Shown one piece after another: positions 35,836-48,000 of a DNA stretch of 64,000 bases. How positions within the stretch are numbered: the first letter of the stretch is position 1; the number at the start of each line of letters is the position of its first letter. Under the pieces are notes generated by a model. That model was not told the origin of the DNA, did no database searches, and saw nothing but the letters and a program-made list of their open reading frames with translations. This DNA comes from Pseudovirgaria hyperparasitica (Eukaryota): NCBI GenBank assembly GCA_010093815.1, contig ML996567.1; one strand, written 5' to 3'. Position numbers and translations under genes: made by a program.

Positions 35836-35939
35836 AGGCTCAGGTCAGGAATCGAACCTGCGCCTCCGCCACCCTTGCGGATATTTGGTCTCCGGTGACC
35901 TTACTTCGGTGGTGATTCTAACCACTGAACCATCGCACC
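35836..35939 (-). ncRNA. tRNA-like Pol III locus (degenerate tRNA gene or tRNA-derived ncRNA); anticodon not assignable
   Basis: A-box TGGTTCAGTGG, D-arm GTTC/GAAT, B-box/T-loop CAGGTTCGATTCCTG, downstream T-runs. The acceptor stem pairs poorly and there is no U33. Confidence 0.65.
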
Positions 35940-36995
35940 TGGGCTTGGATGCAGACTTGAAAACGAGGATTATAATGGGTGTTTTTTCTTTGTTGGGGGA
36001 GGGAGTGGTGTGTGAAGGGAGGAAGGCAAGTGGAGGGATGGAGGGTGTGGTGTGTGAAGAGAGAGGGGAGTGCGCGTGAACAGTGTTTGTGTTGTGCTGT
36101 GTCGTGTCACCTTGTCTTGCGCCGTGTTGTTGTGTTTCTGCGTTCACCGATCTGTCTGTCTGGCTAGCATGAGGAAAAGAACAATAACACCAATGAATCT
36201 CACCCAATGCGATCTAAACCCTATACCCAACCACGCTCCCCCTCCCTCCCTCTTTCATATATACGAAGCTCCTACCACGCCACGCCACGACTCCTTTTTT
36301 CTTTTACCCAACGACACATCAGTCTCCGACAAGTCAAGTCTGTCTACACACAGACACACACATGCACACACCGCACACGTCAATCCACCCACGCCATATC
36401 TCCACCTGTATCTTGTAACTTTGTCTTTCTTTGCTTTACTTTCTTGGGAAGAGACCTGCTTTAGCAACATGGGTGGCACGTCGTACGTTGCAAGCGATAA
36501 GCCGCACAATGTGTATCTGGGAGCTGATCAACGATATCAGCGCTCGTACGTCTGACTTTGATGTGTGATATCTCGAGATACGGCATGAGGTGGTGTTGAG
36601 CGTTGTGTCTGTCTAACAGGATGATCGTGAACTAGAGGGGGAGTAGAATGTTTGCGAAGATTGATATTGGTATGACAAAAGGTAGTAGTTAAGTAGAGCA
36701 AAGAGATGTGAATGCGAGAGAACTGTGTGTGTGACATATATGTCCATGGTATACAGAGGTGGAAACCAGAAAAGGCAGAGTGTAAACATGGGCCAAGGCC
36801 CAGTCAGAGGACGATGCTTTATGCATCATCGCGTGTATTATATAATATCGTAGTAGAATAGTCAGACCCGCCTTCTACTCAAGACACGAAAACGGCTCTT
36901 GTGAACCCCATGCCATCCCATATATGCGCTATCATTACCGAAATCGCTAATTTCAAAAACAAACTCCTCTTCCCATGATCAGAAACCATCCACAT

Positions 36996-39173
36996 CTAAA
37001 AGCTAAACAGGGCATTATTCTTCCGCCCGAACGGATATACTAACAGCGCACTAACAAACAAGCCCACACTCAGGCCAACAGCAACCTGGATCATCTGTGC
37101 ACCCACACTGAAGCTTCTGTACAGGTTCTGCTCGTACACAGTCTGCGCCTCCAGCGTACCGTTGTTGAAGAGTGGCGTCTCAATGCCCGCAATCAAGCCA
37201 CCTTGTGCGCTCAGTCCTGAGGGCACCAGGACCATAATACCGGCGACGACGGACGCAAATGCAAATGCGCGCCGCGAGCGCGCGTACAAGTGACCCAACA
37301 TGCCTAGTGTCAGTGCTGATGCAGTATTTGCGACTTGCGAGGTTGCATTTGCAGCAACAAAGTAGTTGACGAGATACGCGGCGCTGCCGAAAATCATCTG
37401 GACGGGTATTTGACGCGGGCGGGAGCGCAGTACAACGGCCTGCATAGCTATGAAGAACGGCACAAGCACAATTTTCCATTTCGGGTCCACAGATCGTGGG
37501 CAAGTGGCACTTGTTGTGGCGTGGGCATCGGCTGAACCCCAGAGCTGAGAGCCGACATTGATACCGTACCCTAGGAAGAGCGAGTATATGACAGCGTAGA
37601 AGAGTCGGGTAGCACCGGCGGTGAGCGACTTGGCTTGAAGTTCGAGGGCGCCGCAGAGCACAATGTAGCCAGGGAGGATCATAGTGATAGACGACTCAGC
37701 GATTGCACCGAAACAAAAGTACTTTTGCGAGCCCCCGCCACCGATGGATGCAATGGCGCGGGCAGCAAAAGATGTGACCAGTGCAGCCGATACCTCAAGC
37801 ACATTGGCGTAGAGTGGGTTGCGAGCAGCTGCAATGACTTGCAGAAAGCCGACAATTGAGCCAAGAACAAGGGCAACGGGCATGTCCGTCCAATATCCAT
37901 TATAGGCCCATACACAAGCCGACATGGAGGCGAGACCGTAGAATGGGACAATCCACCACGGCCTGTAGTAAGGGGGCCCATTCAGGACATCCATGAGTTC
38001 TGTTGTGGCTTCTTCCACATTAATCTCTTGGCGAACCACCTTCTTGTATATCTTGAATGCTTCTTCGAGACAACCAACGTCAAGACCTTGAGCTTTCACA
38101 AGAGTAGTGTATGATTGGCGGGTCAGTGGGTCGTTATGATCCGGCGGATTGATGAAGCACACTTCTGTACAGCCGACCAGATAATTGATGCGCCCATCGA
38201 GATCACAGACCTTGAATAACTGCAGGATATACTCCTCTATACGGTGCGAAGGCGCACCGTACAGCATGAAGGCATATGTCAGCAGCAGACACAACGTCCT
38301 GCGATTGTTGATATCAGACTTTGCAGCAACATATTTAGCTTCTCGACTGCCTGTACCGTGTTCGATCTTCTTCTTCATGGCCTTTAATGCCTTTGTGAGC
38401 TCTTGTGGGTCCAATCCATCTTGAAATCGCCTCCACGGTGTACCTGGTGTGGAGGGACTAGTTGGCGGACTTGTGACGTTTGGTGTGGATATACCACTAG
38501 GAGGCGCTGTGGAACCACCTAATGTCGACTGCGAGTTGTTCCTCGAATGGAGCCGGAAACCTGGACTAGAGAGTAGCAGACCCGATGATATGATAGTTGA
38601 AGTGCTATGGCGACGTTTCTTCTGGAGCTTCTTCAAGGTTCGTATGTCGATGCCCGAGTCACCCATGAACTCAGTGGGGTCTCTCCTTTCTGGTACGGCA
38701 CCAAAGTCGGCGCTAAAGTCCTTGCAGAACTCTCTCACCCTTTGCCATACTGACGTAGGCTCTGGATCTACTACATGAGGTTCCCCAATCTGTTTCTCTT
38801 CATCGCCAGCATCCAGCTGATCCTCCTTGTCTTTCATCAGTCTGCCCGTGAAGCGCCTTTCGAGCTTTTCGGGCTCGTCTGGGAATCTTGCATGACTGCG
38901 TTGTCGAGGCGGGAGCCCTGGACGAGCTGGTGTAGTTGCTGCTGGTGTATCTGGTAGAGACACGCTGTTGTTTCTCCGAGTCGGACTGCCATTGTCCGGT
39001 AATGAGAAGTATGACTGAGATGGGTCTCTGATGGGTGTTATGACCTCGTCGATATGTGCAGCGGGTGGCTGACTGAGAGTGCCGATGGCTTCAAAAGGCG
39101 GCTGATGTGCAGAGCTTATGCCCCTCGGACGTGATGACGGAGCATTATCGGGACTCGTTTCGTGCGTAGTCAT
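36996..39173 (-). CDS. Prm10-like ThrE (DUF1212) family membrane protein
   Basis: AFMLYGAPSHRIEEY, VKAQGLD, ILPGYIVLCGALELQ, RLFYAVIYSLFLGYG, MIQVAVGLSVGLF. Start taken at the first ATG. Confidence 0.88.
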   Translation of the reverse strand: MTTHETSPDNAPSSRPRGISSAHQPPFEAIGTLSQPPAAHIDEVITPIRDPSQSYFSLPDNGSPTRRNNSVSLPDTPAATTPARPGLPPRQRSHARFPDEPEKLERRFTGRLMKDKEDQLDAGDEEKQIGEPHVVDPEPTSVWQRVREFCKDFSADFGAVPERRDPTEFMGDSGIDIRTLKKLQKKRRHSTSTIISSGLLLSSPGFRLHSRNNSQSTLGGSTAPPSGISTPNVTSPPTSPSTPGTPWRRFQDGLDPQELTKALKAMKKKIEHGTGSREAKYVAAKSDINNRRTLCLLLTYAFMLYGAPSHRIEEYILQLFKVCDLDGRINYLVGCTEVCFINPPDHNDPLTRQSYTTLVKAQGLDVGCLEEAFKIYKKVVRQEINVEEATTELMDVLNGPPYYRPWWIVPFYGLASMSACVWAYNGYWTDMPVALVLGSIVGFLQVIAAARNPLYANVLEVSAALVTSFAARAIASIGGGGSQKYFCFGAIAESSITMILPGYIVLCGALELQAKSLTAGATRLFYAVIYSLFLGYGINVGSQLWGSADAHATTSATCPRSVDPKWKIVLVPFFIAMQAVVLRSRPRQIPVQMIFGSAAYLVNYFVAANATSQVANTASALTLGMLGHLYARSRRAFAFASVVAGIMVLVPSGLSAQGGLIAGIETPLFNNGTLEAQTVYEQNLYRSFSVGAQMIQVAVGLSVGLFVSALLVYPFGRKNNALFSF

Positions 39174-41547
39174 GCCGTGGTAATGCGTAAAGACAAGGAT
39201 ATCCTGGCAAAGCAACAAAGGATGGTAGGAGACCCGTTCTATATCGAGACGCCGGATAGAAATGCTGGAGAGAACGCTGGACGATGGAAATCAAGAAAAG
39301 GCAGGACAAACGGGATGCGGGACGATAAGAAGACCACGACTATATGAGTCAGGCAGAAAAAAAAACGCAGGTTGGGTTGCCATGAGCAAACACGCAACTA
39401 CCTACCTGCGAGCTTAGTAGCCACTTGGACAGGGCAGAAAATAGCGGTAGTTCCTTCTCGAAGGATATCAGGATCCAGCGAGCGAACCGACAAGATACGA
39501 ACGGGACGAAACGTGGGCCCGGACGCGTAAATGAGTTGGGCAGACCGACGGAGCGGATACATATCGGTGGGACATGAGTGGGACATGTGTGGGTATCTGG
39601 CGTGAACGATGGAATTATCGTTTATAAAAGCTTGTCGGAGACAAGCGGACATTGATTAACGTCCAAGAGACCGAGGCCCAGACAGAGCCATCTCGACTGA
39701 TGGCTGTGATGATGGCGAAGGAGACTGTGACATTGGTAATACTTGTGGTATTTGTGGTGGTATTGGGTGAAGTGAATGAAGGTGGTGGTGGTTGTGGATC
39801 GAAAAGTTTGACGGGTCAATATTGCTATTATTGCGTGCGAAAGAATGCGACAGTGTACGCTAGCCTGTTTAGGTATAGATACCTCATTACTAACGGTCAA
39901 TCTAGCTCAGATGGGGAATTCCGCCACTGTATTTCAGCGACTGATAAGCTCCCGTTGTTTTTTCATTCGACAATTACTAGTCTTGTTACTGCCTGAGGTG
40001 TCGATAGGGCTGAAGGAGCTTGCAAGTTATGACGCGGCTGACATCAACAACCAATCAAACCACTCATGTTGCCACAACACCACAACACCGTATCCATGCT
40101 GAGTCTGTCACTGTCCATCGAATGGTGAATAAGACCTCGCATGCGCTCTGATCTTCAATTTCGACAACATGAACGTGTGCCGAGCGCCATTTACATTGAA
40201 TGAGCCCGTTCGTCTACTCACCGCGGCTGATACGCGCCGGGATACTGATGCATGCATATGCATTAGCGGGTACAGCCTTGTGGAGCTCTCCGAGTCTCTG
40301 CCATGATTGTGGAGAACTTCGGCGTGATGCATTTGCTGCGTGGAATTGGGAGATGCTGGACGTACTATTATCCACCTCATGCCTCGATGCATACAGTTCT
40401 TTGCCTCGGTGTCGGGCGGCTGCTCTCGTGCTATGTGCGTTTGTTTGAAAATTATGTGCAGTCTGTCTGGGCTCTGTTCTTCTTACAAAGGGTATCCATG
40501 CAGACAGACGTACGTACCAGCAGAGCGTACGTGAGCAACTTTCTCGGGCAGAATGTGTCTCAGTGAACAGATCCTGTTGAGCACAGCCTCCACATTTTCT
40601 CCCTTCTCATACCCTGACACAGCATCCTGCAATATGCTGATGGAAAAAGGCTATTATATTATCATCATAGTCCACACAAATACAAGCCTTACGGAGCCCA
40701 CATACAATCACACGCACCAGCCATATCCTGCCGCGACCCAGTACCCGCGCGCGACACAGACGCCGAAAATACCAGGATATACAGCCGACAAAGCCCCCTC
40801 CTAGCAAAGGCAGCCATGTTTGTAGAACGTTGGGCTGAAATACCTAGGTATTCGGTATCAACAAAGGTGATGCTAGTAAATATACATTCCTTTAAGATTA
40901 GACACTCGTCACTAGAATCCTTCACGGTCATAAAGCACCCACAATCTGATATCCATCGCCCAACGCCAAAGCCTGTCACATCTATTACCGTCAGAGAGTC
41001 GCTGTCGGCCGAACAACGAAAACGTCGATGGGTTCTCCTAGAGCCCCGGCAAGAAGACCACGCGTTGACAAAATGCCAAGAGTCTCTGCAGCGGTCCACG
41101 CCTACTAGAACGAACCGATCAATACGTATTTCAGTACATGGTCCTGTTAGAACACATGCCGCCTATCCGTCTGATCTAAGAGATCAAGGCGCAAGGGCTG
41201 GCGTACTGTACCTGTCAAAACGTACGTAAACAGTACAGAGCCAAACCGGTATCGTCTACCACTAAAGAGATCTACTCACCAGTCAGGGGTTTCTGACAAC
41301 GAAGACCTGCCAACTCTGCTCACATCCGAGCAAATGACCCAGCTGAGAAAAATTAAGATGGCGTCTACAACCTTCGATAAGCCTGTCCTTTAAAAGCAAT
41401 GTCCGAAGGACGGTTGCAAGTACAACAATCCCATAAACGCCGAGAAACTCGACAAATGTATCGCACAACTTCCTATTCATATCTCGAGCTGAGTTAGGAT
41501 GTTTTGGATAGAACAAAGAGTATGAAGGTGGATTGCTATACAAAGAC

Positions 41548-42430
41548 TTATGTCAGTTCAGTATTTCGCGAACTTTCGCGCCAGCGCTGGAATCCTGAGA
41601 GGTCGTCCTTGAATCCACTCTCCATCAGCGCTTGTGATAGTAATCTTGTCCACGCCCATGCATCCTCTCCTTTCAAGATGAATCCGCAGCTGAGATGCGG
41701 CTTCGTAGCGATCCAAAACCGTGGGTAGAACGCAGCGTGCTCCCAGTCCAAAATGCCAGAGGCTTTCCCATCAAGGATAAGAATGTTCGATGAGGAGAGA
41801 TACTTCTCCACACTAGTCAAATGAAGAGGCGCAAGGATTCTTCGCTTCCAAGAAGGCTCGTCGTGACAAGATGGTGTCATGATGGGCATCAGCAATTCCA
41901 CAGCCTGTTGCAGTTTTCAATGAATCCGATGTGATGGTCGCCAACATTTCGCAGTAACCTGCTATTTCAGTCGCGATTTCCTTGTGCTGTGCTGCTGATA
42001 GCGAAGACCACACCCTCTCAAGTAGTGTTCCTGGCATTTGGTGGAGTACAAGATACGACCTGGAGAGTTCGGGTTCGTTCCATGCGTATAAGACTTTCGG
42101 AAGTGGGATGCCCTCAAGCCTCTCCTCTACGAAATCTATTGTTTCGTTCTCCAGCTCCGTGCCTTCTTGCCAGCTCTTCACTTTAAAAAATGCTCCACCA
42201 ATGTTCCAAACAGCACCCGAGGTTCCAGAGTTGTATACGGGTGTCATCTCCTCTGTTTCCACTTGCATCGATTCAGCAGGACGAAGGCAAAACGTGTCCA
42301 TGTTTTGGTCTTGCCAGTGGGCGAGAGCGTCCTCGGGAATCTTGGAGACCTTCTCGCAGACGATTGAAGTCCCAATCTTCCAAGCATGATCTCCAACCTT
42401 GTAAATGGATCGCCCGATGGGCGGATCCAT
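41548..42430 (-). pseudogene. Aminoglycoside-phosphotransferase/choline-kinase-like gene, frameshifted and lacking the HxD catalytic motif
   Basis: VWNIGGAFFKVK, E.ETIDFV, IPLPKVL are in one frame. EPSWK...SNILI...GILDWEHAAFYPRFWI is in another (shift near 41890). No HxDL precedes SNILI. Confidence 0.75.
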
Positions 42431-42633
42431 TTCACTGTGATATTAGTAAACTCAGTCTACGATGACCGGGCTGTATGACTTACCAAAACATTATTTCGAG
42501 AGATCGCAGAGGAGCCTAGTAGACATGTTAGAATGCTTGTGTCCAAGAAAGCTAAGCATATAGGTGATTCTGAGTATATCTTTCGAGAAGGTTGTGACCG
42601 GGAAGAGTGCGCATAGTGGTTTGCGACCGTTTA

Positions 42634-42988
42634 CAGTCGGATCTCGTTATGACGATATCAGTTATATCGACAATCTCGGTATAACGATAGGGCTAACTAC
42701 CATATGAAATAGAATACATACTTTTAGTAAATGCCGACGTTTAATTGGTCTTCTTCTTTTACACCTATCTATTATTATATTGACTCGTACATAGATATAG
42801 CATAGGTATCAGTAGGGTTAAGAGGAGGCCCTTAATACCTAGTATTAGGGACTTATATAGTCTAAAAATGGAGGTAGCTAATCAACGCCCAGGGGCCTAG
42901 CTTATATAAGAATTAAATATATGATAATCTTCTTATGACGATAGATTCAACGCAGCGGTCTTCGTATCGTTATAACGAGATCTAACTG
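42634..42988. mobile_element. 355-bp MITE of Tc1/mariner (pogo-like) type
   Basis: 24-bp TIRs, CAGTCGGATCTCGTTATGACGATA versus right-end reverse complement CAGTTAGATCTCGTTATAACGATA (transitions only). TA at both flanks (42632-33, 42989-90). Confidence 0.88.
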
Positions 42989-43093
42989 TACGCGTTTAGC
43001 CACGTGAAGAGCCACTAGAAAAATGCAGTGGCCCAAGATATTGAATTGAACATGCCAAGAGCATAATTGCTTAGGATAAAAGTGGTTACTAAT

Positions 43094-45075
43094 TGTTGTC
43101 GGAAGGCACTTTGAGTAAGAGACACTGCTTCCTAAACGGGACTAGTGTCTAAACGGTTAAATAGCTTCGACTCTGTCTCCTAGAACTTAGTTCTCTATAT
43201 ACTTATAGAATATACTTAATAACCTTAATTACGTCTCCATTTCTCTTATAATAGATTATAAGCCCGGTACTTTACTATAAAAGCCTTAAAACACCTCTTT
43301 ATTAATAAAAACTATTATATTTTAATAAAAAATAAGTCCCTTTTCTAAACTTTAAGTTTTAATATTAACCTTATTAAAGTTTTTACTTTAACTACTCTAT
43401 TAACTCTCTGCCTCTATATTATTCTTACCGTTCTTCTACGTCTTTTACCCTTACTACCTTCCTTATAAATAAGTAATAAGTAGAAAGAGTCGGAATAAGA
43501 AACTATTAGTTCTATATAAAGAAAAGAGAAGAAACTTAAGGAACTTAAGGAACTTATTAATAATAAACATGTCTATTAACTTTAAACTCGATCTATTCTC
43601 TCTATCTAAGCTATCTTTAAGAGGAGAAAATTTCCCTAAGTAGAGATTAGCTTAGATAATCGTATTTAAATATATATAATTATAGATAATAGTCTCTAGT
43701 AGAGTTATTAGACCCTTTAGTACTAGAGTTACGGATTTATATATAGATATAATAGATTAGAATATAAAGGATAATAAGGTAATAATTATATTACTCTTAT
43801 TAATATATTAAGATCTTATTATAGATCTTACTTCCTATAATATAGTAGTAGCTATATAGAGTTATCTATTATTATATTTTAACTATAATATAGATAATTC
43901 TTTAATATATCTATTTAGATTACTTACTAACCTCCGCTATAAAGACGGAGAAGATATCTATAAATATATTAATAACTTCTATTATACCTAGATGCGAATA
44001 GTAAAAAGATATACTACTTTATCTTATATAGTTATAAAAGTAATACGTCTAATCTTTAAGTCTAAAGAGATTAAGGGCTTATTCTTTCTCGTCTTATTAT
44101 CTAATACTATAGACTATATTATTAATAATTTATCTACTCGAGATATATTACATTTTTAAGATATTAAGCTAAAGATACTTAATCTAGCTAAGAAATATAG
44201 TATTAAGCCTAATACTATAGGGTATAAGGCCGGTTATAAGGGTAAGTCTAGTTAGCCTTCTAAGTTAAAGAAGTCTAACTCCGCCTCTATCTCTTCCTTA
44301 GATACTAAGTATACCTAGTATAAGAAATATAGCTTCCCTTCTAAAGGCTATAAGTATTAGAACTACTATAAGCTTAAGGCTTCTAAGAATAATAATAAGT
44401 CTAAAGGTAAGTCTAAGAATAAGAAGTCTTCCTCTAAAAAGGACTTCTTAAGTAAGTAATAAAAAGCTAATAAGGCTAAAGTTATTAAAATTTTAGATTC
44501 TAAATCTAACTCTAATAATAATATCGTTAGTTTCTTTGTAACTATAGCTAATATAAATAGTAAGCGATCTTAAGTAGTAAGTTAGCCTCTTATTTTAGTA
44601 ATATTTTTAGACCTAAGTATTAAAGCTATTAGACTTCTTATAAATTCTAATATTACTACGGATATCTATAATTAGATTTTTAATTCTAGAGTCTTAAGAT
44701 ATATATTAGGCTATATAGATAACTTCTCCTCTCTAGAACCGCGTAACTTAGATAATATATTAATTACGAATTATTAGAAGATTCCGATTAATAGTATTAG
44801 AATAGTTTTCTTAGATTATATTCTCTTAGATAGTTCTATAAAAAAGGTTAAACTTACTAATATTCTCTTTAGTAAGTAACTAAATTCTATACGCCTTTTC
44901 TTCTAGTTATATATTAGAAATTAAGAGTATAGTTTAAGAGTAAAAGGGAATAATCTCTTCTTATATAACTACTACGGATCTAAAGTAATATAGGTAAAAT
45001 TCTATAAGGGCCTTATAAAGATTCGCCTACGCTATATATCTCCTTCGCTTCTATTATATACTATAGTATACTTTA
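43094..45075 (+). mobile_element. Truncated RIP-mutated Ty1/Copia retrotransposon (5' LTR 43094-43253, PBS, gag, protease)
   Basis: LTR starts TGTTG. It is followed by GATTATAAGCCC (RIP form of the Copia PBS GGTTATGAGCCC). Gag ATG ~43568, zinc-knuckle remnant ~44310-44368, W-I-F-D-S-G-A-S-R-H-M protease remnant ~44673-44705. Cut off by the family C LTR. Confidence 0.85.
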
Positions 45076-48000
45076 TATTAGGACTTAGCCTTAGGTAGGA
45101 CCCGACCTACACGTACCTTAGCTAACAGGGTTAGAAGGTAACGTGAAGGGCGGTAAATAGTTACGTACTAGATAGATTAGCGTCCCTTTATATATATACT
45201 CTTAGATTCCTACTAAAAGGGTTCGGTAGTAATTTATTCTATAATAGAATATACCCTATTATTCTATCTAACTATACTACTATCTAATAACTCTATGCTT
45301 ATATTCGAATTACTCCCTATATAGTACTATAGTTAAGATAGTCTAACTAGAACCGAGAAGGTCGACACGATCTACTATAGGGATAAGTAATACTATATTA
45401 AATAATAGGGATCCTCTATAATTAGTATTAATCCTAGCCGTTTCTAACCGAGAAGTAGAAATATTAGACCGAATTACGGAGCTTTTAGATGAAGAAATAG
45501 TAGAGACGCTAAGTAACGTCTAATAATATAAAGCCGGATAATAAGTCGTGGTAGAGCTACGTAAGGTATTATAATAAACTATTACTAAACTTTAGGAATA
45601 TATCGCGAATTAGGCTTAAGAGATTTAAACCCTTAAAGAATAGGTAGAACGCGCGAAACTCCTTATAAAGAGACGAGAACTTAAGGAGTCTCTTAAAGAA
45701 CTACGCCGAACGATAGTAGGTAGACGACTTCCTATACTAATTTAGGCGGAATTAGTTCACCTACTATTAGAGTTATAATAATCTACTATATACCTAGCCG
45801 CTTCGTTACTAATTTACCCTACTTCTTCTCTAGATATACTAAAATCTAAAGACCTAACTATATTTATAGAGAAGAACTAAAAGGAGTAGAAAGACTAGAA
45901 GAGAGACTACGAAAAGTACTTCCTCGATAACCCTCTACTCTTTTCTACTAAAGTATAACGTATTTCGTTCGGAGAACGATATCTAGGCTTATAATCCCGC
46001 GATTAATAGGATAGATAGAAAGAAGTATAGCTACTATCTACGATAACCTAGGAATATTTAGCTATATTTATACTAAACACCCTCGGAACGGATAGAGAAC
46101 GTGAAAGAAAGGTACTATCTAAGTTAAGAAGCGTAGTATAATAACCGAACTAGACACCTACTTAACTACTATAATACCTCTAAAACCTATAGAATAATAT
46201 CCCTATACTATAGAAAAATATTCGTATATTCTAGTTTCGCGAAGTACTACTTCCGTTAATCCGCGAAAGACTAGAAATAGTATTATTAAGTTTTAACTAT
46301 CTATATAAATTAGAGAAGAAAGCTAATAAATACTACCGCATCCTTAAGGAACGTAGCTCTCTAGGTAAAACCGATAAACCCTATACGGGTTAGAAACGAG
46401 GTCAATCGAATACGTTTAATTAAGAGTAACCTTACTATAATTAGTACTAGAAGAGCGTAAATCGGGGTAGAAACGCGTTAAGAGGATACTAAAATAATTA
46501 AGGCGGTACTTCTTAACGTAGAAAAGGATAAGGCATAGGCTTAAATATAATACCTATCGTAAAATAGTAGGATTATAGCGCACTTTATTACTATAAGTAT
46601 AGAGAAATAGAATATATTTCGCCTAACTATAAGAATCCGAAAAAAGAGTAGGCTAGTATACGAGATCTAACCGCGTTCTTAGCTAAATTATATATACTTA
46701 GAAGGAGCCGTAGCGCCTTCCGGTAAGTAAAGACCTAATATTACTAAAAGTATTATTACCTATAGTAAATGGTAATAAAACTATATAGGCCCTCGTGGAT
46801 ACTAGTATAGAAGATAACTATATTTCGTCGATTCTTATAAAGGAGTATAGATTATCGTATAATCTTAGTAAAGTTAGCTAAACTATTATAGTTAATAGAT
46901 ATAAAGTTAGAACTTTAGGTAAAGCTATAATAAATTACGAAGTTTATAACTCGAAGATAATAAAATAGTAGATGTCTAATAAATTTATCGTGGCTAATAT
47001 TAGCTAATAGAATATAATTCTAGGGATGCCTTAGCTTAGACGCCTAAACCCTATTCTTAATTTTTAGAAGGAGATATTAACGTTTTAATAATACTATAGT
47101 AAATTATACTAGTAAGTTATAACTATTAGTAAGGAGGTATAGAACCTTACCGTACGGACCCGATTATTACTAATCTATCTTACGTCCTTATTAATTATTA
47201 ATAAAGATAAGAATAATAGTAATAATCGGGGCGAAGACATACTATCTAATATATATTCGTAGTATACGGATGTGTTTTCGGTAGAAGATACGTTACTTCT
47301 CCCTAATTACGGGCTATATAAGCTAAAGATCGAGCTTAAAGAGGGAGTAGACGTCTCTTATAGTCTACTTTACCTACTTTTAAGACTAGAACTCGAAGTT
47401 CTTTATAAATATATTAAAGAATACCTTAGAAGAGGCTAGATACGTCGTAGTATATTATCGGCTAGTATATCTATTCTCTTCGTAAAGAAGAAAGACGGAA
47501 GTTTATATCTATACGTTAACTATCGGGCACTAAATATAGTAACTAAGAAGAATCGTTATCTATTACCGCTAGTTAGTAAATCTTTAGACTAATTAATAAA
47601 GGTAAAGTACTTTACGAAGCTAGATTTATAAGATATATATTACTAGCTTTAAATTCGTCGTGGAGATAAGTGGAAAACTATATTTCGGACTAGATATAGT
47701 TATTTTAAGTATACTATTATACTATTCGGGCTAATAAATACGCTAGAAGCGTTTTAAGGATATATTAATACTATACTTATAGGATTACTTAATATGATTT
47801 ACGTAGTTTATCTCGATAATATACTAATTTACTCTAATAGTATATAGAATTATAAAGAATACGTGAAATCAGTGCTAAATTATCTAAGGTAGTATAAACT
47901 CTATATAAAATTATCTAAATACGAGTTTTACTAATAAGAAGTTAGGTTTCTCGGCTTTATCATAATATATAGCGGCCTAAAAATAGAGCCGGAGCGTGTA

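Noticed and set aside
35865..35915. Possible hammerhead ribozyme in the tRNA-like locus
   Set aside because: The three-stem layout is suggestive, but the CUGANGA and GAAA core is absent on both strands.
28965..39173. FIG1 and PRM10-like as a mating-related cluster
   Set aside because: Separated by housekeeping genes (COG3, FMP25); no MAT genes or shared motif seen.
40400..41300. Possible degraded gene between the PRM10-like and APH-like genes
   Set aside because: Some hydrophobic, coding-like stretches on the minus strand, but no identifiable family or consistent frame.
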